Shown: positions 36,623 to 51,089 of the stretch, piece by piece
Numbering within the stretch: the stretch's first letter is position 1
Layout: every line of letters begins with the position of its first letter
From: Moniliella sp. 'wahieum'
Taxonomy: Eukaryota
NCBI GenBank assembly: GCA_003971905.1
Contig: RSEE01000031.1
Span: forward strand, 310,001-374,000
DNA: 64,000 bases
Direction: 5' to 3'
Notes under the pieces: generated by a model
The model's input: the letters and a program-made list of their open reading frames with translations, nothing else
The model's database searches: none
Told to the model about the DNA's origin: nothing
Position numbers and translations under genes: made by a program

Positions 36623-37608
36623 CAAGAAGGGGTTGGTTGGGTCCCCCTCGACACACTAGCTGCCTCCGTCCAGTCCTGGTGCCAGCACCCAGCTTGGGGG
36701 GGGGGTAGCAAAGGATGGAACACTCCTCTGGCCCTCTCTTTCCTCGGACCTGAGGATCCTGACGACGTGAAGTACACAAGTCCCAGGCCTCTGACTCGCT
36801 TAGGATATTAAGTTCTACGGGGGATAAGGAGATGAACGTGGTGCACACAGTACTTTATGATTCAGTGTGGTGTGTGCTCAGTGCACTTTTTTTCGTACTA
36901 GGCGGCAACGTGGTACAACACTCAGGCCCGATCTCCGACATGGCCACAGGCGGCCAGGTTGTTCGGAGGGGAGCTCGGGATCGGTACATCCGCTCGGTAT
37001 GTCGGTCTGGATGGCAAGTATACTCGGCTACGGGGATATGCCGAGAAGACCGGCCAGCTGTGTGCGAATCTAATGTGTTGGAAAAGAGCTCGCGTCGGGA
37101 ACGGTCCAGCATCTGCTCCAGGGCCATATTCGCTCGCCTCGACTGGTCGGTGGACGGTACGTGGATTGCATCGGGATGGGAGGATTGGGGGATGGGATGG
37201 GATGGATGCGGGATGCCGAGGTGTGAAGAGATAGGGTGGGCGGGCGGGGAAACGGTATATATGAGCGCATGAGCCGTGAGCGTGACGTGAGCGCGTGACG
37301 TGACGCGAGTGACGCGTGGCGGGTGGCGTGTGAGATGTGACTGGGCGGCCGGTCACGTGCCCGGGGACGGGCACCAGGACGCGGTGAGAAATTGGGGAGA
37401 TTGGTCAGGGTGGCTGCGTGGCTGCGCTCAGCGCTCAGCACGCGAGGCTACGCTCAGGTACGTAAGGAGCGGCCTGCGCACAGCGGGCCCTGAAAGGCCG
37501 CACACGGCCGCTTCGTCTCGCGCCTCCAATAAAACTGCGCTCAAGCTGAGCATGCACCCTGCCATGCCAGCGTTTGCCACCACCACCCTCCCGCCACCAA
37601 CATCTAAC

Positions 37609-40600
37609 ATGGGCTGGTCGCTCCCGCAAGCCACCCATTCCCATCCGAGACCAACCCCCGCTCGGCCCCGACCCACGCGGCTCCACCACCGCTGCTTCCT
37701 CCTGCCCGCACCCGCCGACGGCCGCCCCGACGCCCGCTTCCTTCAGTCCCCGCGCGCACCCTGGTATGTGCGCGCCAGCCGCTGGATCCAGACCGTCGAC
37801 CTCGACCCCGAGACCGCCTTCCGCAAGAAACGTCCGCCCCGCATACCCGCACCATCTACTTCAACCAGCCCCTGCCCGACGATGTGTTCCAAGGCAAGAA
37901 GCGGGTGCCCAAACCCGAGTGGGTGTATGCGTCCAACCAGATCCTCACCGCCAAGTACACCATCTACAATTTGTGTTCAAAAACTTGCTCGAACAGTTCC
38001 GTCGTGTCGCCAACCTATTCTTCTTGCGTACGTCTTACTGCCCGTTGGGGTTGGGTCCCCTGCTTGTGTGCCCCATCCATCGCCCGATCGCCCCGCTGAC
38101 CCCGCATGTCCGCATCCATTCTAGTCCTTGTCATCCTCCAGTTCTTCCCCAAGTTCTCCACCATCTCCCCAGGGGTGGCGATGCTGCCGCTGCTGGTTGT
38201 GCTGGCACTCGTGCTGATCAAGGACGGATACGAAGACCTCAAGCGTCACCAGAGCGACCGGCTGATCAACCGCGCCCACACCAAGGTACTTGTTGGCGGT
38301 GGCTGGATCAATCCCAATCTGATGGAAGGCAAAGGACGGTCGATCTCGTCATACTGGCACATGTTCACCAACCGCTGGCTAGGCGGGACGAAGCGCAAGA
38401 ATCAAAAGGTTGCAGCTGCCTCGCGTTCTAGGGGCAGCATGTCAGACGGCGGCCTATCGGATGCCAGTGGCAACCAGCGAATTTCCATGGAGGCTGCTCA
38501 GCCGCCCCTTCCGGGCCCGGGCGGCATCGTCCCCCGGACCAGCCGCCGGCCCGCGATCCAGCATGGCCACCAGCCGTGGCTCTATCTCGGAGGTGGGCCA
38601 TGGCGGCAGCGCATACGACGTACGCCCTGACGGCACTGTTTTCCACAATGGCCGTCAATTGTCGCCGGAGGAAGTGACAGAATATTGGTCGCACAGGGCG
38701 CCGCGGTGGAAGAGGCGGTCGTGGGAGGATGTAGCCGTGGGAGACTTTGTCAAGCTGCGCAACAATGAGTTCCTTCCGGCCGATATCCTGATTTGTGCTA
38801 CCAGCGAAGAAGATGACACGTGCTCCATTGAAACCAAGAACTTGGACGGCGAGACCAACCTCAAGTCGCGACAGGCGGTGCCGCAATTGACTCACCTGCG
38901 CGACGCTGAGGCGTGCACGCACGCTGATATGCAAGTCGACGTTGAACCCAAAGACACCAACCTGTACAAGCTCAATGGTTTCCTTACCCTCAACGATCGT
39001 CTGGACCGCGAAGGCAACCGCATGCGCGTTCCAATCAACATCAACCAGATACTTCTGCGTGGTACTGCGCTGCGCAACACCCAGTGGGTCGTGGGCGTGG
39101 TGCTGATGACGGGCGTAGACACAAAGATTATTGCCAACTCGGGTAACACTCCGTCCAAGCGTGGTCAGGTAGAGCAAAAGATGAACCCGATGGTCTACTT
39201 TAACCTGGCCGTGCTTGCGGTCATGTGCGTGGTGTGTGCCATTGTCGATTCCTGTCTCGAGGTTTACTACTTTAACCGTAACGCCTACTGGGAGTTCCGT
39301 GCAATCTACTCGGACGACAACCCGCACCTCAATGGGCTGGTCACCTTTGGCAACGGTCTGATCACCTTCCAGAACATTGTGCCCATCTCGCTCTACATCT
39401 CCATTGAGTTTGTCCGCTTGATCCAGGCGTACTTTATCTTTGACGATGTACAGATGTATTATGCGCCCATTCACCGACGTACCACAGCGCGCTCATGGAA
39501 CTTGTCAGACGACCTGGGCCAGATCCAGTACATCTTCTCTGACAAGACCGGCACTTTGACCCAGAACCTATGATCTTCCGGCAATTTTCGGTTGCCGGTG
39601 TCTCCTATGGGCAGGTACCTGGCCCCGCCAAGGGCGAAAAATAGAAGACGAAGGGATGGAAGTACAAGATTTGGGCATGGGCTACATGTCTCCTAAAAAG
39701 TCCAGCTCGGGATCGGGCAGGTCATCATCCGATGTCGGTGCCCCCTCCACCCCGCCGTTTGACGGTGCGGGGCTTCCGCGCGCGGCGGTTAGCTCGGCAC
39801 CCATGTTTGTGGATCCCAACGTAACACGGGCTGCGGAAGACAGGCTCGCCCGAGGCCCTGGCGCTCGGTCAGTTCTTCCGCTGCATGGGTTTGTGCCACA
39901 CCGTCTCCACCGAGATGACCGAGAAGGGCGAGATGCGATACATGGCGTCGTCACCAGACGAGGAAGCGCTGGTGCAAGCCGCAGCGGATGTCGGCTTCGT
40001 CTTTTCGGACGGGACCGCAACGTGTTGCATTTGCAGACGCCCGAGTCGAACGAGGTGGAAGAGTATGAGCTGTTGACTGTGTTGGAATTCACCTCGGCGC
40101 GGAAACGGATGAGTGTGATTGTCAAGCGGTTGAGCGATGGCCAGGTCCTCCTACTTGCAAAAGGTGCCGACTCGATCATTTTCGAACGTTGTGCGCCGGG
40201 CCAGGACGCACTAAGGACGCGACGGACGATGCGTTGGAGGACTTTGCCAATAAGGGCCTGCGTACCCTCTGTCTCGCCTACAAGCCTCTCGACTCCGAGG
40301 CGTTCGACGACTGGGCGTACCGGTACAATGAGGCGTCGGTCGCGCTGGTCAACCGGGAGGAGCAAATGGAGGAGGTGGCATCGGGTTGGAGCGGGACCTG
40401 ATCCTGTTGGGCGCCAGTGCGATCGAAGACAACTGCAAGATGGGGTACCCGAAACGATTGCCGACCTGAAACGCGCCGGGATTAAGGTATGGGTGGCGAC
40501 AGGCGACAAGCTCGAGACGGCAATCGCTATTGGGTACAGCACGATGCTCTTGGCCAAGGATATGAACTTAATCGTCGTTCGTGGTGGCGCGCGGGGGGAG

Positions 40601-42320
40601 GACAACTCGGCATACAGCCAACTCCACACGGCCGCCATACGTTTTTTCTCCGATGACGAGGACGTACGCCAGATTCTGGCCGAACATGAATCGTTAGGCG
40701 GGGCGGATGTTTTCCAGGATAGCTCACGACTCAATCGTGCCTCCATGATGTCCCAGCCATCTTTGGTGGGCGACGACAACGGCAACCGGATTGGCGGGTA
40801 TTCACTGGTGATTGATGGTTCGGCGCTGGCGCATGCTCTGTACGAAGGTCCCACACGAGAACTGTTGTTGCACATTGCGACGCGCTGCAAGGCGGTAATC
40901 TGCTGCCGCGTCTCACCACTGCAGAAGGCTTTGGTTGTTCGTCTGGTCAAGGAGGGGCTCGGGGCGATTTGTCTCGCCGTGGGTGACGGGGCGAATGATG
41001 TTTCGATGATCCAGGCGGCGCATGTCGGCGTGGGGATTGCTGGAGAGGAAGGACTGCAAGCCGTCAATGCGTCCGACTACTCCATTGCCCAGTTCCGCTA
41101 CCTCAAACGTCTACTTCTCGTGCACGGTCATTGGGACTTTTATCGCAACGGGACCTTGATCATCAACTTTTTTGCCAAAAATGTGCTGTCGATCATGATC
41201 CTCTTTTGGTTCCAGATCCATTGTGGCTGGTCTACCGCCCAAGGTCAAGATTACGTCTACATCCTGTTCTGGAACTCGTTTTGGACCGTGGCAGGCGTGA
41301 TTGGCATGGGTATCTTCGACCGCAACGTACCCGACCGCGTCCTGATGGAAGTGCCTGAACTGTACCGGCAATCCCGCGAAGGATACTACTTTAGCTTTGG
41401 CGCGTTTGTGTCTACATGCTCGACTCGGTGTACCAAAGTATTGTCTGCTACTTCTTTTGGGCCTACACGTACAAAACCACTACGGCCCACTCCAACGGCT
41501 GGGACATCTCCCTGTACGAATGGAGCACGGGGATGGCCATTGCCTCGGTTATGGTGTCCAACATGTTCATTGCTTTGGATACACGCGTGATCACGTACTG
41601 GATGCTGTTTGCGATTGGGATCGGACCGCTGCTCATCTGGATCTTTGCCCCGATCTATGCGGCGTTTTACCCCAAGACAATGTGGACCTACTCGTGGGGC
41701 AACAACCACCTGCTGTACAATTCCGCTTACTTTTGGTTCTGTGGCGCCTTGACCATTTTGCTGGCGCTGCTGCCGCGGTTTGTATGGAAGGTGGGCAAGT
41801 CTGTCTTGGCACCGACCGATGTGGACATTTGTCGCTACATCTACAAGCTCGATCCGAACCACGACTTTGTCCACGACCCGGCCATGCCCGGGCTACGCGC
41901 ATTGCAAGCGTACGGCCCAGCGCTTACCCAGACGGGAGAAGGCGTAGCGCTGCGCCCCATGTCCAGTCGCGCCAGCAGCGTGCACTACGATATGCTCACC
42001 AACACGGTCCGGCCCAACCGTGGGTACAGCTTTTCGCAAGAAGAGGTGCCCGAGAAGAAGAGCCGTCTGCCAGGCGCATGGGGACGAATGCGCCACCCGT
42101 TCAACCGGCAGAAACGGCGAAAGATGGCCGAGCGCGAAACGGAGCGCGAGGCGTGGGACCAAGGACTCTATCGTGTGGGCGAAGAGGAGGACGAGGCAAA
42201 GCATTGGTCCGGAGAATGGAGCAGGAACAGGAGTCGGTAGTTCCCACCGCCATACCGATCGAAGTGAAACAAGTTGATTCCAACCCTTTCTCGGCGCCTT
42301 GGGCTAAGGACCTCCCTTAG
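37609..42320 (+). CDS. P4-type ATPase phospholipid flippase (Dnf1/Dnf2-like); intron ~38027-38123; many frameshifts
   Basis: NQILTAKY, EQFRRVANLFF, ETKNLDGETNLK, IVPISLYISIE, YIFSDKTGTLTQN, SPDEEALV, EFTSARKRMS, TGDK, CCRVSPLQKA, GDGANDVSMIQ. Confidence 0.92.
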
Positions 42321-43268
42321 GTCCCAAAGCGCCTATATGCACTCAAGCTCCACAACACCCAAGTTCGTATGTCCATTATGCTCATGCTGGAGACGCCCGC
42401 ATCCCAATACCCTCTTGCAAGCTTTATCCAGCCTTTTCCTCCCCCGCCCCCACCCCTCATTCTCCACTATCACCTCTCCATGGGTCCTTTATCCCTGCAT
42501 GACCTGCTTCCCTACCGCATGCTGTGCCGCTGCTGCGAGAACAATTAGACTGCGTGGTTTCTGGCTCCGTGTTTGTGGATCTTGGAAGACGTAGAGGTGG
42601 GTCGTAGTCACGAGATCCCTTGGATGTTGACCGGCCGGGTGTAGAGTGATAGAGTGGAACGAGGAAGGAGGCATCAAAATTAGAGGAGAAAGGATCATGG
42701 AGAACGGTGCTTATGCTGATGTCCTCTCACGACATTCCGGCCACTCACTGCCTTGTCTCGTCATGACGCGAGATTGTCCTGCATCTTGTGTAGTAATCTG
42801 ATTTAAGCCCCCATTCCACACATCCTGTAACGCCTTGTAGTTGCCAGTACCTCCGTACTCCATCTCGACGGTCGAGTGGAGCTTTCTCAGCACCGTGCCG
42901 AATGCTATGGATATGCTCTGGGCACAGGCGTCTCCACGCAGTACCCCACTGCCCCGACTTCCAGGGAGCAAGACCCATCAGGTACGCGCACAAGCGAAAA
43001 CGTGGGCAGGTCCAGCCAACCTGTCGCTACAGTCATCCCCGGGAATTCGTTCTTACATCGATAGTTAGCACCGGTGCTGTCACCCTGGCCTAGGGTTCAA
43101 GTCGACGGCAACGGGCTCACAGGGGGCGCGATTTCCTGCCCCGACCCCAAGCAGGAAGTGTTCGCTGGAACACGCAGCAACTCAATGATGCATGGAGCGC
43201 AATGACATCCTCGCGCTATTCTAATAGTGCCATGCACGCCATCTCCTTCGCTTTCAGATGCATCTCAC

Positions 43269-44558
43269 TCAGTCCAGCGCAGAGTCCACATGGCCACAGG
43301 TGTAGAGAAGATCAATAAACCAGGTAGGCATCATGTCAAACACCCACAAGAACTTGGCCGCCAGGGGCAACCGGACCGCGCCCGACTTGCCCGAGGCCAG
43401 GTGCGCACAATCTCTTGAGCCACCACCTCGTGATCCACGGTCGGGGAGAAAAACTCGGACGCAGCATCGTACTGGATGTCCTTGAACAGAGGTGTCTTCA
43501 TCCGGCCCAACGCCACATAGGTCGTCCGCACAAATGGGGTGTGGTGCACATGGTCCAATCGCGGCGAAGCGTGTAGTGCAATCCTTTGATCGCATGCTTT
43601 GTCGCCACATAATCCGCTACAAGACGAGCAGGGTCAGTAACGGGCATGACCATTCCCTGGGGTAGGACACGTACCTAAATGCGCAATGGGCATCTGCCCC
43701 ATAATCGACGCAATTGACACCACATGTCCGACGCCCGTAGCGAGCATGTCCGGAAGGAGGGCTTGCAACGTCCAAAAGTGAGAGAGGATGTTGATACCAA
43801 AAATTCTGTTCGCATCCGGGGGTTAGTTTAGCTTGCAGGGTGGCCTGGCATAGCATACGCACTTGTTCACTTCTTGCTGTGACAACCGCTCCACCGTCTT
43901 GCCCACTCCACTCTGAATGCCGGCATTGTTGACGAGGATGGTCGCGGGGCCAAACTGGAAACTACCTGGGTTAGCAAAGCAACCAAAAAACGAGGAAGCA
44001 CTTGCCTTGTCATGCAATTGCGACGCCGCCGCTGCCACCGCCTCAGGATCGGCCACGTTGCAATAGGTAAACAGGATACGCTCACGTTGGGGCACCGGGA
44101 GCTCCTCCGCATTGTCAATCAAGGCGGATGGCGTCCGGACATCCCACACAGCCACCTTTGCGCCCAGGGCTAGGACCCGCCGAGCGGTCACCCACCCCAA
44201 CCCCCCCGCACCGCCAGTGACTACGACCACCTGGGTGTTCCACCACTCTGGTGTGCCGCTCTTCCCTTGGAGCGGGCGCTTAACGTCTGGCCCAAAGCGA
44301 AGGCGAAGAAGCAGGTTGGACCCAAAGATCCATTGCTCGTTCTCCCACGCGTGGGAGAGCCATACGTTGATCCAAATCGCCAGGCCAACCAAGCCGACCA
44401 GGGCCAAGCCGTAGACGGGAAGCGGAACACCAGCGTCGGGGCGGAGCGCGCACGTGCCTGTCCCCCGCGCCATTGGGCGCCACACGTAGCGGCAAGCGCA
44501 ACGTAGACAATCTTACCCAAGCCGATCCGCTTCCTACCAGGTCGTCGAGACTGAGCAT
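43269..44558 (-). CDS. Short-chain dehydrogenase/reductase (membrane-anchored, DHRS3/17bHSD11-like); introns; 3' end uncertain
   Basis: N-terminal hydrophobic segment, VVVTGGAGGLG (TGxxxGxG), ILVNNAGI, later VDY and RTTYVALG..KTPLF motifs. Confidence 0.8.
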
Positions 44559-44967
44559 GGCGATGGAGGTGAAACGGCTGCGACTCGTGGTGTCGTGCTA
44601 TGAGTGGGGCAGGAGGAGGGGCTACGCGTTAGTAAGGAGCCAAGCTGGCCAAACGCGTGTGAAAGAAGTTTACCCCAGATCGAACCAGTCCAGTCTAGAT
44701 CCAACGCAGGGCTATCAGCTCAGCGGCTCAGCATCGACCAGTCCTCTCAAATCCCTGATCTCTTCCTCATCTCCCATCGCTCGACCCATCCCAGCCCTGC
44801 CGCTCGTGCCTTCGGGCCAGTCCTTTCATCGACCACCACAGGCCCCCGCCCGGTCGCAGCATGCATGTCCAAAAAGTAGATTCAGAAGGTTTTCAGAGAA
44901 AACAGGGCAATAGGAGATACAGAAGTGGGCAAAAACAAAAGCACAGTCGATGAGAGGCATACGAATT

Positions 44968-47720
44968 TTACGTCTCCAGGGCGGATGCGCGGGCACCAAG
45001 AATATCAACCAGGCGCTTCAAGCCATACCACCAAGCGCCCTTCCGGTCCGCAGCTTCATATCGGCCTCCTTGGCCATCTCCTGCAGGCGTCATCTGGATT
45101 GACGAGCCATGGATCGTGATGACCGCGCCGAGGCCGGGTCGTGCTGCCCCTTTGTCTTGGCCTGTGCTCCTCGTAAATTTCGTCAACCACCTCTGTGTCG
45201 AGTCGTCCTCTCAATCTTGCGGGCTGCAGTAAGGGCCGAAACCGTCATCAGCTCATCTTCACCAGTTCCGGGCGAGCTTTGCCCTCGAGCCATTGACACG
45301 TCCGGAGCGCAAGCCGCGAAGCGCGGCACCGGTCAAGTGGCGAAGGCGTTCCGCCCTGCAGCGTGTGTCCAAGTGAGGCCGAGCGGGCATCAAAGTACGG
45401 GTGCCCCTCTTGCTTAAAGATGTTGGTAAGAACCTCGGTGGTGTACACCTTGCTCGAGTGGTCGTTGCGGATGATCAGGCGTCCCTCGAGTTGCCCGGCT
45501 GGTCAAGGCTGTACCGCTTCTTGAGCCATTGAACGTCCTTGAGCAAGTTTTCGAGGCTCATCCCCATCTCAGGAATGTAGGTGATGGAAGCACCAGTAGC
45601 CAGGCCGCCCATAACGGCCAAATAGCCATTGTAGCCACCCTGGGTCTCCACCACAAACACGCGGTTCCGACTGGCCCGGGCCGACTGCTTGATGGCATCG
45701 CACGCGTTCATGAGCGCATTGAGTGCAGTATCCGACCCAATCGAGAAGTCGTTCATTGGCACATTGTTGCTCAGCGTGGCAGGGATAGCAGCAAGAGGAA
45801 TGCGGAATGCAGGGTATTGGCCGCGCGCATCGTCCATGAGCTTGACAGCATGGAATGACTCAAACCCACCAATGAGAATCATACCATCCAGCGCGTGCAT
45901 CTGGATCTTACTTGCCACTGCCCCATAGTCAATTGACGGAAGGACACGGTTCGTCCCCAGCTCCGAGCCACCACGGATGCCCCATGTGTCGACGCGAAGC
46001 CAGTCACCTCCTGCACGTTGTCCTCCAACAGCCTGGGAAACCATTGGAGATCAAAAGAGGGGTATGGCCACGGGCAATCAAGTAGCGACGATGGTTCGGG
46101 TCGCTGAGTTCATTCCACCCGCGGGCACCAATGTGCAGGATGCCCACCCGAAGGCGGTGCTCCTCCGGTAGAAGCGTTTCCGGACTGATCTGCGAAATGA
46201 ACTTCCACGCATTGAAATCTTCACAAAATGTCGGTCCGCGGCCGTCCATGGCGTCAGAGAAGCGCTTCTCCTCAATGGCCTGGGCAACACCCTTGGTCTG
46301 CTCAATCGCATCCTTGAGTGGCACACGGATAATATTGTTCTCCTGAATGCCAATCACGTACGAAGGCGTGTCGGTGTAGACTCCAACAGCGCCTTGACGG
46401 CCTCCACAGCCTGTAGGGTGGCCAGAATACGGTCATTGGCATCGGGCGTGCCGCCGCGCTGGGTGTGGCCCAAAGTAGTAACGCGCGTGTCAAGCCCCAG
46501 CTTGTCCGATAGTACGTGGCCACATCGCTCGCCTTGATAGGGTAAGGTTCTTGTCGATCGCGCCTTCGGCAATATGACGATCGTCTTGCGCTTGCCGCCT
46601 CGCGATGCTTATGGAGAACGCGACACATCTCGGCCGCCCAACCCCCATCGCCCTCCTCACCACCTGCGGCATCCGCAACGTTGCAAAGCGGGGCTGCTCG
46701 GGGATGAAGATGTAGTCGGCGCCAGTGGCAATGGCGCACTGCAGCGCGATCCAACCGCAGTGCCGTCCCATGACCTCAACCACAAAAGCGCGAGAATGGG
46801 AGGCAGCGGTAGAGGAAATGGAGTCGACCGCCTCGCATGCTCGGGTCAGAGCAGTGGAGCAGCCAATGGTCATGTCGGTCGTAGCCAGATCATTATCAAT
46901 CGAGCCGACCAGACCAACAATCCGAAGGTGCTTGAATTTGTCGTACTGCTCTTGGCTGATCCTTCCCTCACTCAAAAGGGCACTAACGTGGTCCGGCCAC
47001 TCCTGGCGCAGCACATCGGCCCCTGTCAAACTGCCATCGCCACCGCAGACGGCAAGACAATCGATCCCATGGGAAATGAGGTTGAACGCGGCTTCGCGCC
47101 GGCCCTCGGGCTGACGGAATCAGCGCAACGAGCTGTCCAATCAAGGTACCGCCCTACTGTTGTGTCAGTACATGCCCAAGTGATACGACAGAGCAGACGC
47201 AAAAAGGGAAAGAACGTACCTGCTCCATCCAACCGCGCACGTCGTCCCATCCGACGCGGATAATGTACCGCCCCTTGAGGCCTGTGTCAGCAGCTCCCCC
47301 AACACCCTCACGAAGCAGCTCGCCGTCACCGTAAGTGGCGACAAAGCGTTGACGGCGCGTGTAGGGCTTCTCCCAAGGGTAGCGGTAGGTCGAGTCGCCC
47401 GCCAGGTTCATCGCTGGCACGGGTCCAACGATGCTTGCCCTTCAGGCGGGGGCTGCCAACGGCAGAGACGGGAGCCGGTGTAGAAGCCACAGCGGCGAAG
47501 CGAGCTCGGCTTTGGCGTTGCCCTGAACCAGACCTGAGAGGCCTTCGCGGATGACATAGGCCTCGCAGCCCTTGTAGAGAGCAAACTTGACCACGGCGCG
47601 CACGGCGGCGTTCATGCCGGCTGCATCGCCGCCAGACGTCATGACCGCAACGCGGGTCTTTGGCCGACCCTCAGCCGCGCCGGTGACGGCGAGACTGGAG
47701 AGACTTGACTTGGTTGGCAT
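44968..47720 (-). CDS. PFK1: ATP-dependent 6-phosphofructokinase (eukaryotic two-domain); intron ~47150-47219; frameshifts
   Basis: [76 protein letters not shown]. Confidence 0.95.
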
Positions 47721-49721
47721 AGATAGGTAGAGAGAGGGGTGGAATGGTGATGGTGATGGACAAAGGAGGCCAACAGGTGCCGACGCTGCGCGGAGGCGCC
47801 CTGATTTATCAACGCCGCCATGGCCCCAACTAGCCGGTGCTTGGCCAGGGCGTGCACGGACAAAAAAAGAAGTGGTGCATAACACACACTGGCGCTGTGC
47901 GGTATGGTGTCAATTAAACCCGCTGCCAAAGCACACTGCCCCTGCGCCTCTCGCTGCCTTCTCATGGCAACGCACCAGAACCCACACTAGGCCTGGATCG
48001 AAGTAACGAGAGGCTACTTGCTGATCCTGTAGCGCTGTCAGCGCTGTCAGCCTACCAGCTCAGCCATGCTGCCTCCTCGTCTACCACCCACGTAGCTGTC
48101 TTGAGGATGACTAGTGAGGCCTGAGAAGGCCTGAGGCATTGCCTGAGGCCTTTGGGAAGGTGAGTATACTTCAGTAGCCTGAGGAATCTCTGAGCCCAGT
48201 GGCCTGGACGACTTGGGCGTTTGAACGTTGAAGAACGTTGAACGTTTACCGATTGCGTTGGAACGTAAGCTACTAACCAATCTTGCGCGTTGCATGCCGA
48301 AGTACGTACTGGGCCCACCTGGGCAAGTTCGCTCTCGATGCCTCCATGCCCGGGACTGACTGGCTAGCCTAAGTAGTAACGAACTGAGGCAGGGGGCATG
48401 TGTGTGCGTCTCACTCCGGAGGCAGCATGTATTTATTTACTTCTCTTCCAAAACACGACAGTCCCCCACCGTTTCAAACGTGTCCGTCTGGGGCAACATT
48501 ATACAACACCAGCTCTCAGGGCGGAAGCCCAGCCTGGGCACTCATCTGCATGCAGAATCTCATATCTCTCAGACTCAGACTGAGACTGAGCCAGGCAGGT
48601 CCAGACCGAAAGCTGAGGCTGAGGCCAGTCAGGCGTCAGGCGTCAGGCGTCAGCTCTACTAAGATCTAATGCTGAGGCGCTACGGCCCAGCCAGCACTGG
48701 CCCAGCGCCCACTGGCTATAAAACGTTCCACGTTGAACGTTGAACATTGGCGTTGTGGTAATTCATAATTGCCAACCAGGATGTATATTGATGCAGACGA
48801 CGACAGTTATTGATCTGTTCGTGAGTACGATGATTCTCGAATGGGCGGTGTATATGAGCTGCTGTTAAACTGCTAGCCCCAACGCTCCCACAATCCTCGA
48901 CCCCAGGCGTGCCAGTGTTGTATACCTCTGTGTGCAGACAGGTATGAATTCCGGGCGGACGTAGTCCCGAACCGTACATCCTCCCCCCACGAAAGAAGAG
49001 GGAGCAAGAGTGGAATCTGGGTGATGCAGCGAAAGAAGAGAAGAAATGACAGGAAAACGCGGGAAAGAGAGGGAACAAAAAGTTCAGAGAGAAAAGAAAC
49101 AGGAAGGGGAAGGAACGCCTGCATAAACAAAGAACTGTGGCAAGCACGACACTGCTGTGCCACATTACTTCTGCTTGGTCGACGACACTGGGTTACCCTT
49201 GTCCTGCCTCTACCATGGCTTGCACAAGGCCGTACCATCAACGGCCACAGGGGTCACACGGGTCACACTTTTGAGTATCCACAGGTGTTGGGCACCAAAC
49301 CCTCAAAATCCGACTCGATTCAGCGGTCAAACGGCTCAGAGTAGAATATCAGATGCCGGGCTTTGAAAAGACGGGCGAGAGAAAGGGTACAAGTGGCAGA
49401 GCACATGTGGCACCAGCACGGCATTTTCCCGCCACCCTCTCTCAGGTCAGAAAACCCTAGTGCTGGGTGGCAATTGGGACTCGACTCAAGATGCAGACCA
49501 TGACGGCTGAGATGGAATGGTAACACCAAAGCCTGATGGGGAAGTAGAAAATAAATCAGATGATTGTAACCAAAACATGCTAGCACTACGATGGGGAAGC
49601 TGGTAATGTTTGCAGCGGATTGTTTTGGATCACAAAAAAATTGAGTGAAGGACGACGTAAGATACAAATGTGCAAGTTGAGAGGGTTCATCGTTGATGAT
49701 CAAGTGGGAAAGAAACCCCAA

Positions 49722-50864
49722 TTAGCCCAGGGCAGCACGCACGCTGAGCGTTGCGCATCGGTAAGACGGTCGGGGAACTTGAGTTCCCAGTGAACCACAA
49801 GGTCGCCCTTGCGTGTGCCCTTGGTTTTGGAGATAGGCATGCCTTCGTTCGCGATGCGGCTGGTGCGGTGGCCTTGGATTGTCGTCTGGCCCAACCGAGG
49901 CTGAGGGAGAGGAACCGAAATAGTGCGACCATCGAGTGTGGTAATCTTCGTCGACCCCGACTTGGGCGGGTCAAGAGCATCAACCAGGGGCAAGGGCAGT
50001 TTGACGATCAAGTCGTCCGATTCGCGAGTGAATGTGGCGTTGGGCTTCTCGGCAATGACAAAGACCAGGTCTTGGGACTTGCCGGGAGCCACCTCATTAC
50101 CAGCACCCGCAAAGCGGACCTTGGTCCCCTTCTTCCATCCGGGCTTAACGTCGATAGACAAGATCTTCTCCTCAGAGCCGCCACTTAGGAGACGTTTGCT
50201 CACCTTGAGCTTCTTGGTTGTGCCCTTGTACAGGTCCTCGAGCGAGACAGGCAGTTGTTAACCGACTCGGAAGGCTCTTCCGGCTCGGGCTCCATGCCCC
50301 CCATCCCGCCGAACAAGTCGTGCATCCCTGCACCGCCACCACCCCTTCTGCGGCCACCTCCCCCCCCCATGCCGCCCATTCCACCGCCCATGCCACCGCC
50401 CATGCCACCCATGCCACCACCGAAGAGATGCGCAAAGATGTCGTTCGGGTCAGACGGGGTGAACCCACCAGGACCCCCTGAAGTGAATGTGAACGTCGAA
50501 CCTCCAGGGCCACCGGCGCCAGCGAAGGGGTTGCCGCCAGCCGAAAAGCCCTCTGCGCCACCCGGGGGTGGTGGGCCGGCCTTGAGACCTTCCTCGCCAT
50601 ATTGGTCAAAGATGGCGCGCTTGTCCTTGTCGGAAAGGACCTCAAAAGCCTCGCTCAAGTCTTGGAATTTGGCCTTGGCCTTGGGGTCGTCCTTGTTGCT
50701 AAGACAATACTAGTCAGTAGCTAGAGCGGATAGGCCAGTGGCGAAGAGGAGGAAACGTACCGATCAGGGTGGAGCTTCAGAGCCTGTTTCTTGTACTGCT
50801 TGCGGATCTCGGCGTCGTCTGCATCCTTGGATACACCGAGGATCTTGTAGTAGTCCTTGCCCAT
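49722..50864 (-). CDS. SIS1: Type II Hsp40/J-protein Sis1; intron ~50699-50760; frameshifts
   Basis: [40 protein letters not shown] and G/M regions, [24 protein letters not shown]. Confidence 0.93.
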
Positions 50865-51040
50865 GATGTGTGCAGGCCAGCGTAGAGTTAGAGAAGGTGG
50901 TGGGAAAGGAGCAGAAGCAGGAGCTGAGGTTAAAACAGGCCACAGCCACCGACGACGGATTGAACTGATTACGTTGATTGCGCGTGAAGCGGGATGCATC
51001 AAGGCCCGCATCACGCAACACTGCCCCTGCGCTGGCGAAC

Positions 51041-51089
51041 TGACGTCATGTGGGCGTTCGAGTGCCTTCTAGTGCCTTCGGTGGTCTTC
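51041..51089. promoter_or_regulatory. Step-type heat-shock element plus ATF/CRE site upstream of SIS1
   Basis: TTC at 51057, 51067, 51077 and 51087 (TTC-N7 repeated); TGACGTCA at 51041-51048; ~180-225 bp upstream of the ATG. Confidence 0.65.

Noticed and set aside
38428..41067. Long antisense ORFs (348 aa, 461 aa) and similar ones opposite YPK1, TIF35 and PGK
   Set aside because: These are shadows of GC-rich codon usage on the coding strand, with no recognisable motifs.
50330..50425. CCACCGCCCATG-type tandem repeat
   Set aside because: It encodes the normal Gly/Met-rich region of Sis1.
3937..50864. Calling the frameshifted housekeeping genes pseudogenes
   Set aside because: Motifs are intact, there is no stop-codon decay, and several genes are essential, so assembly error is more parsimonious.
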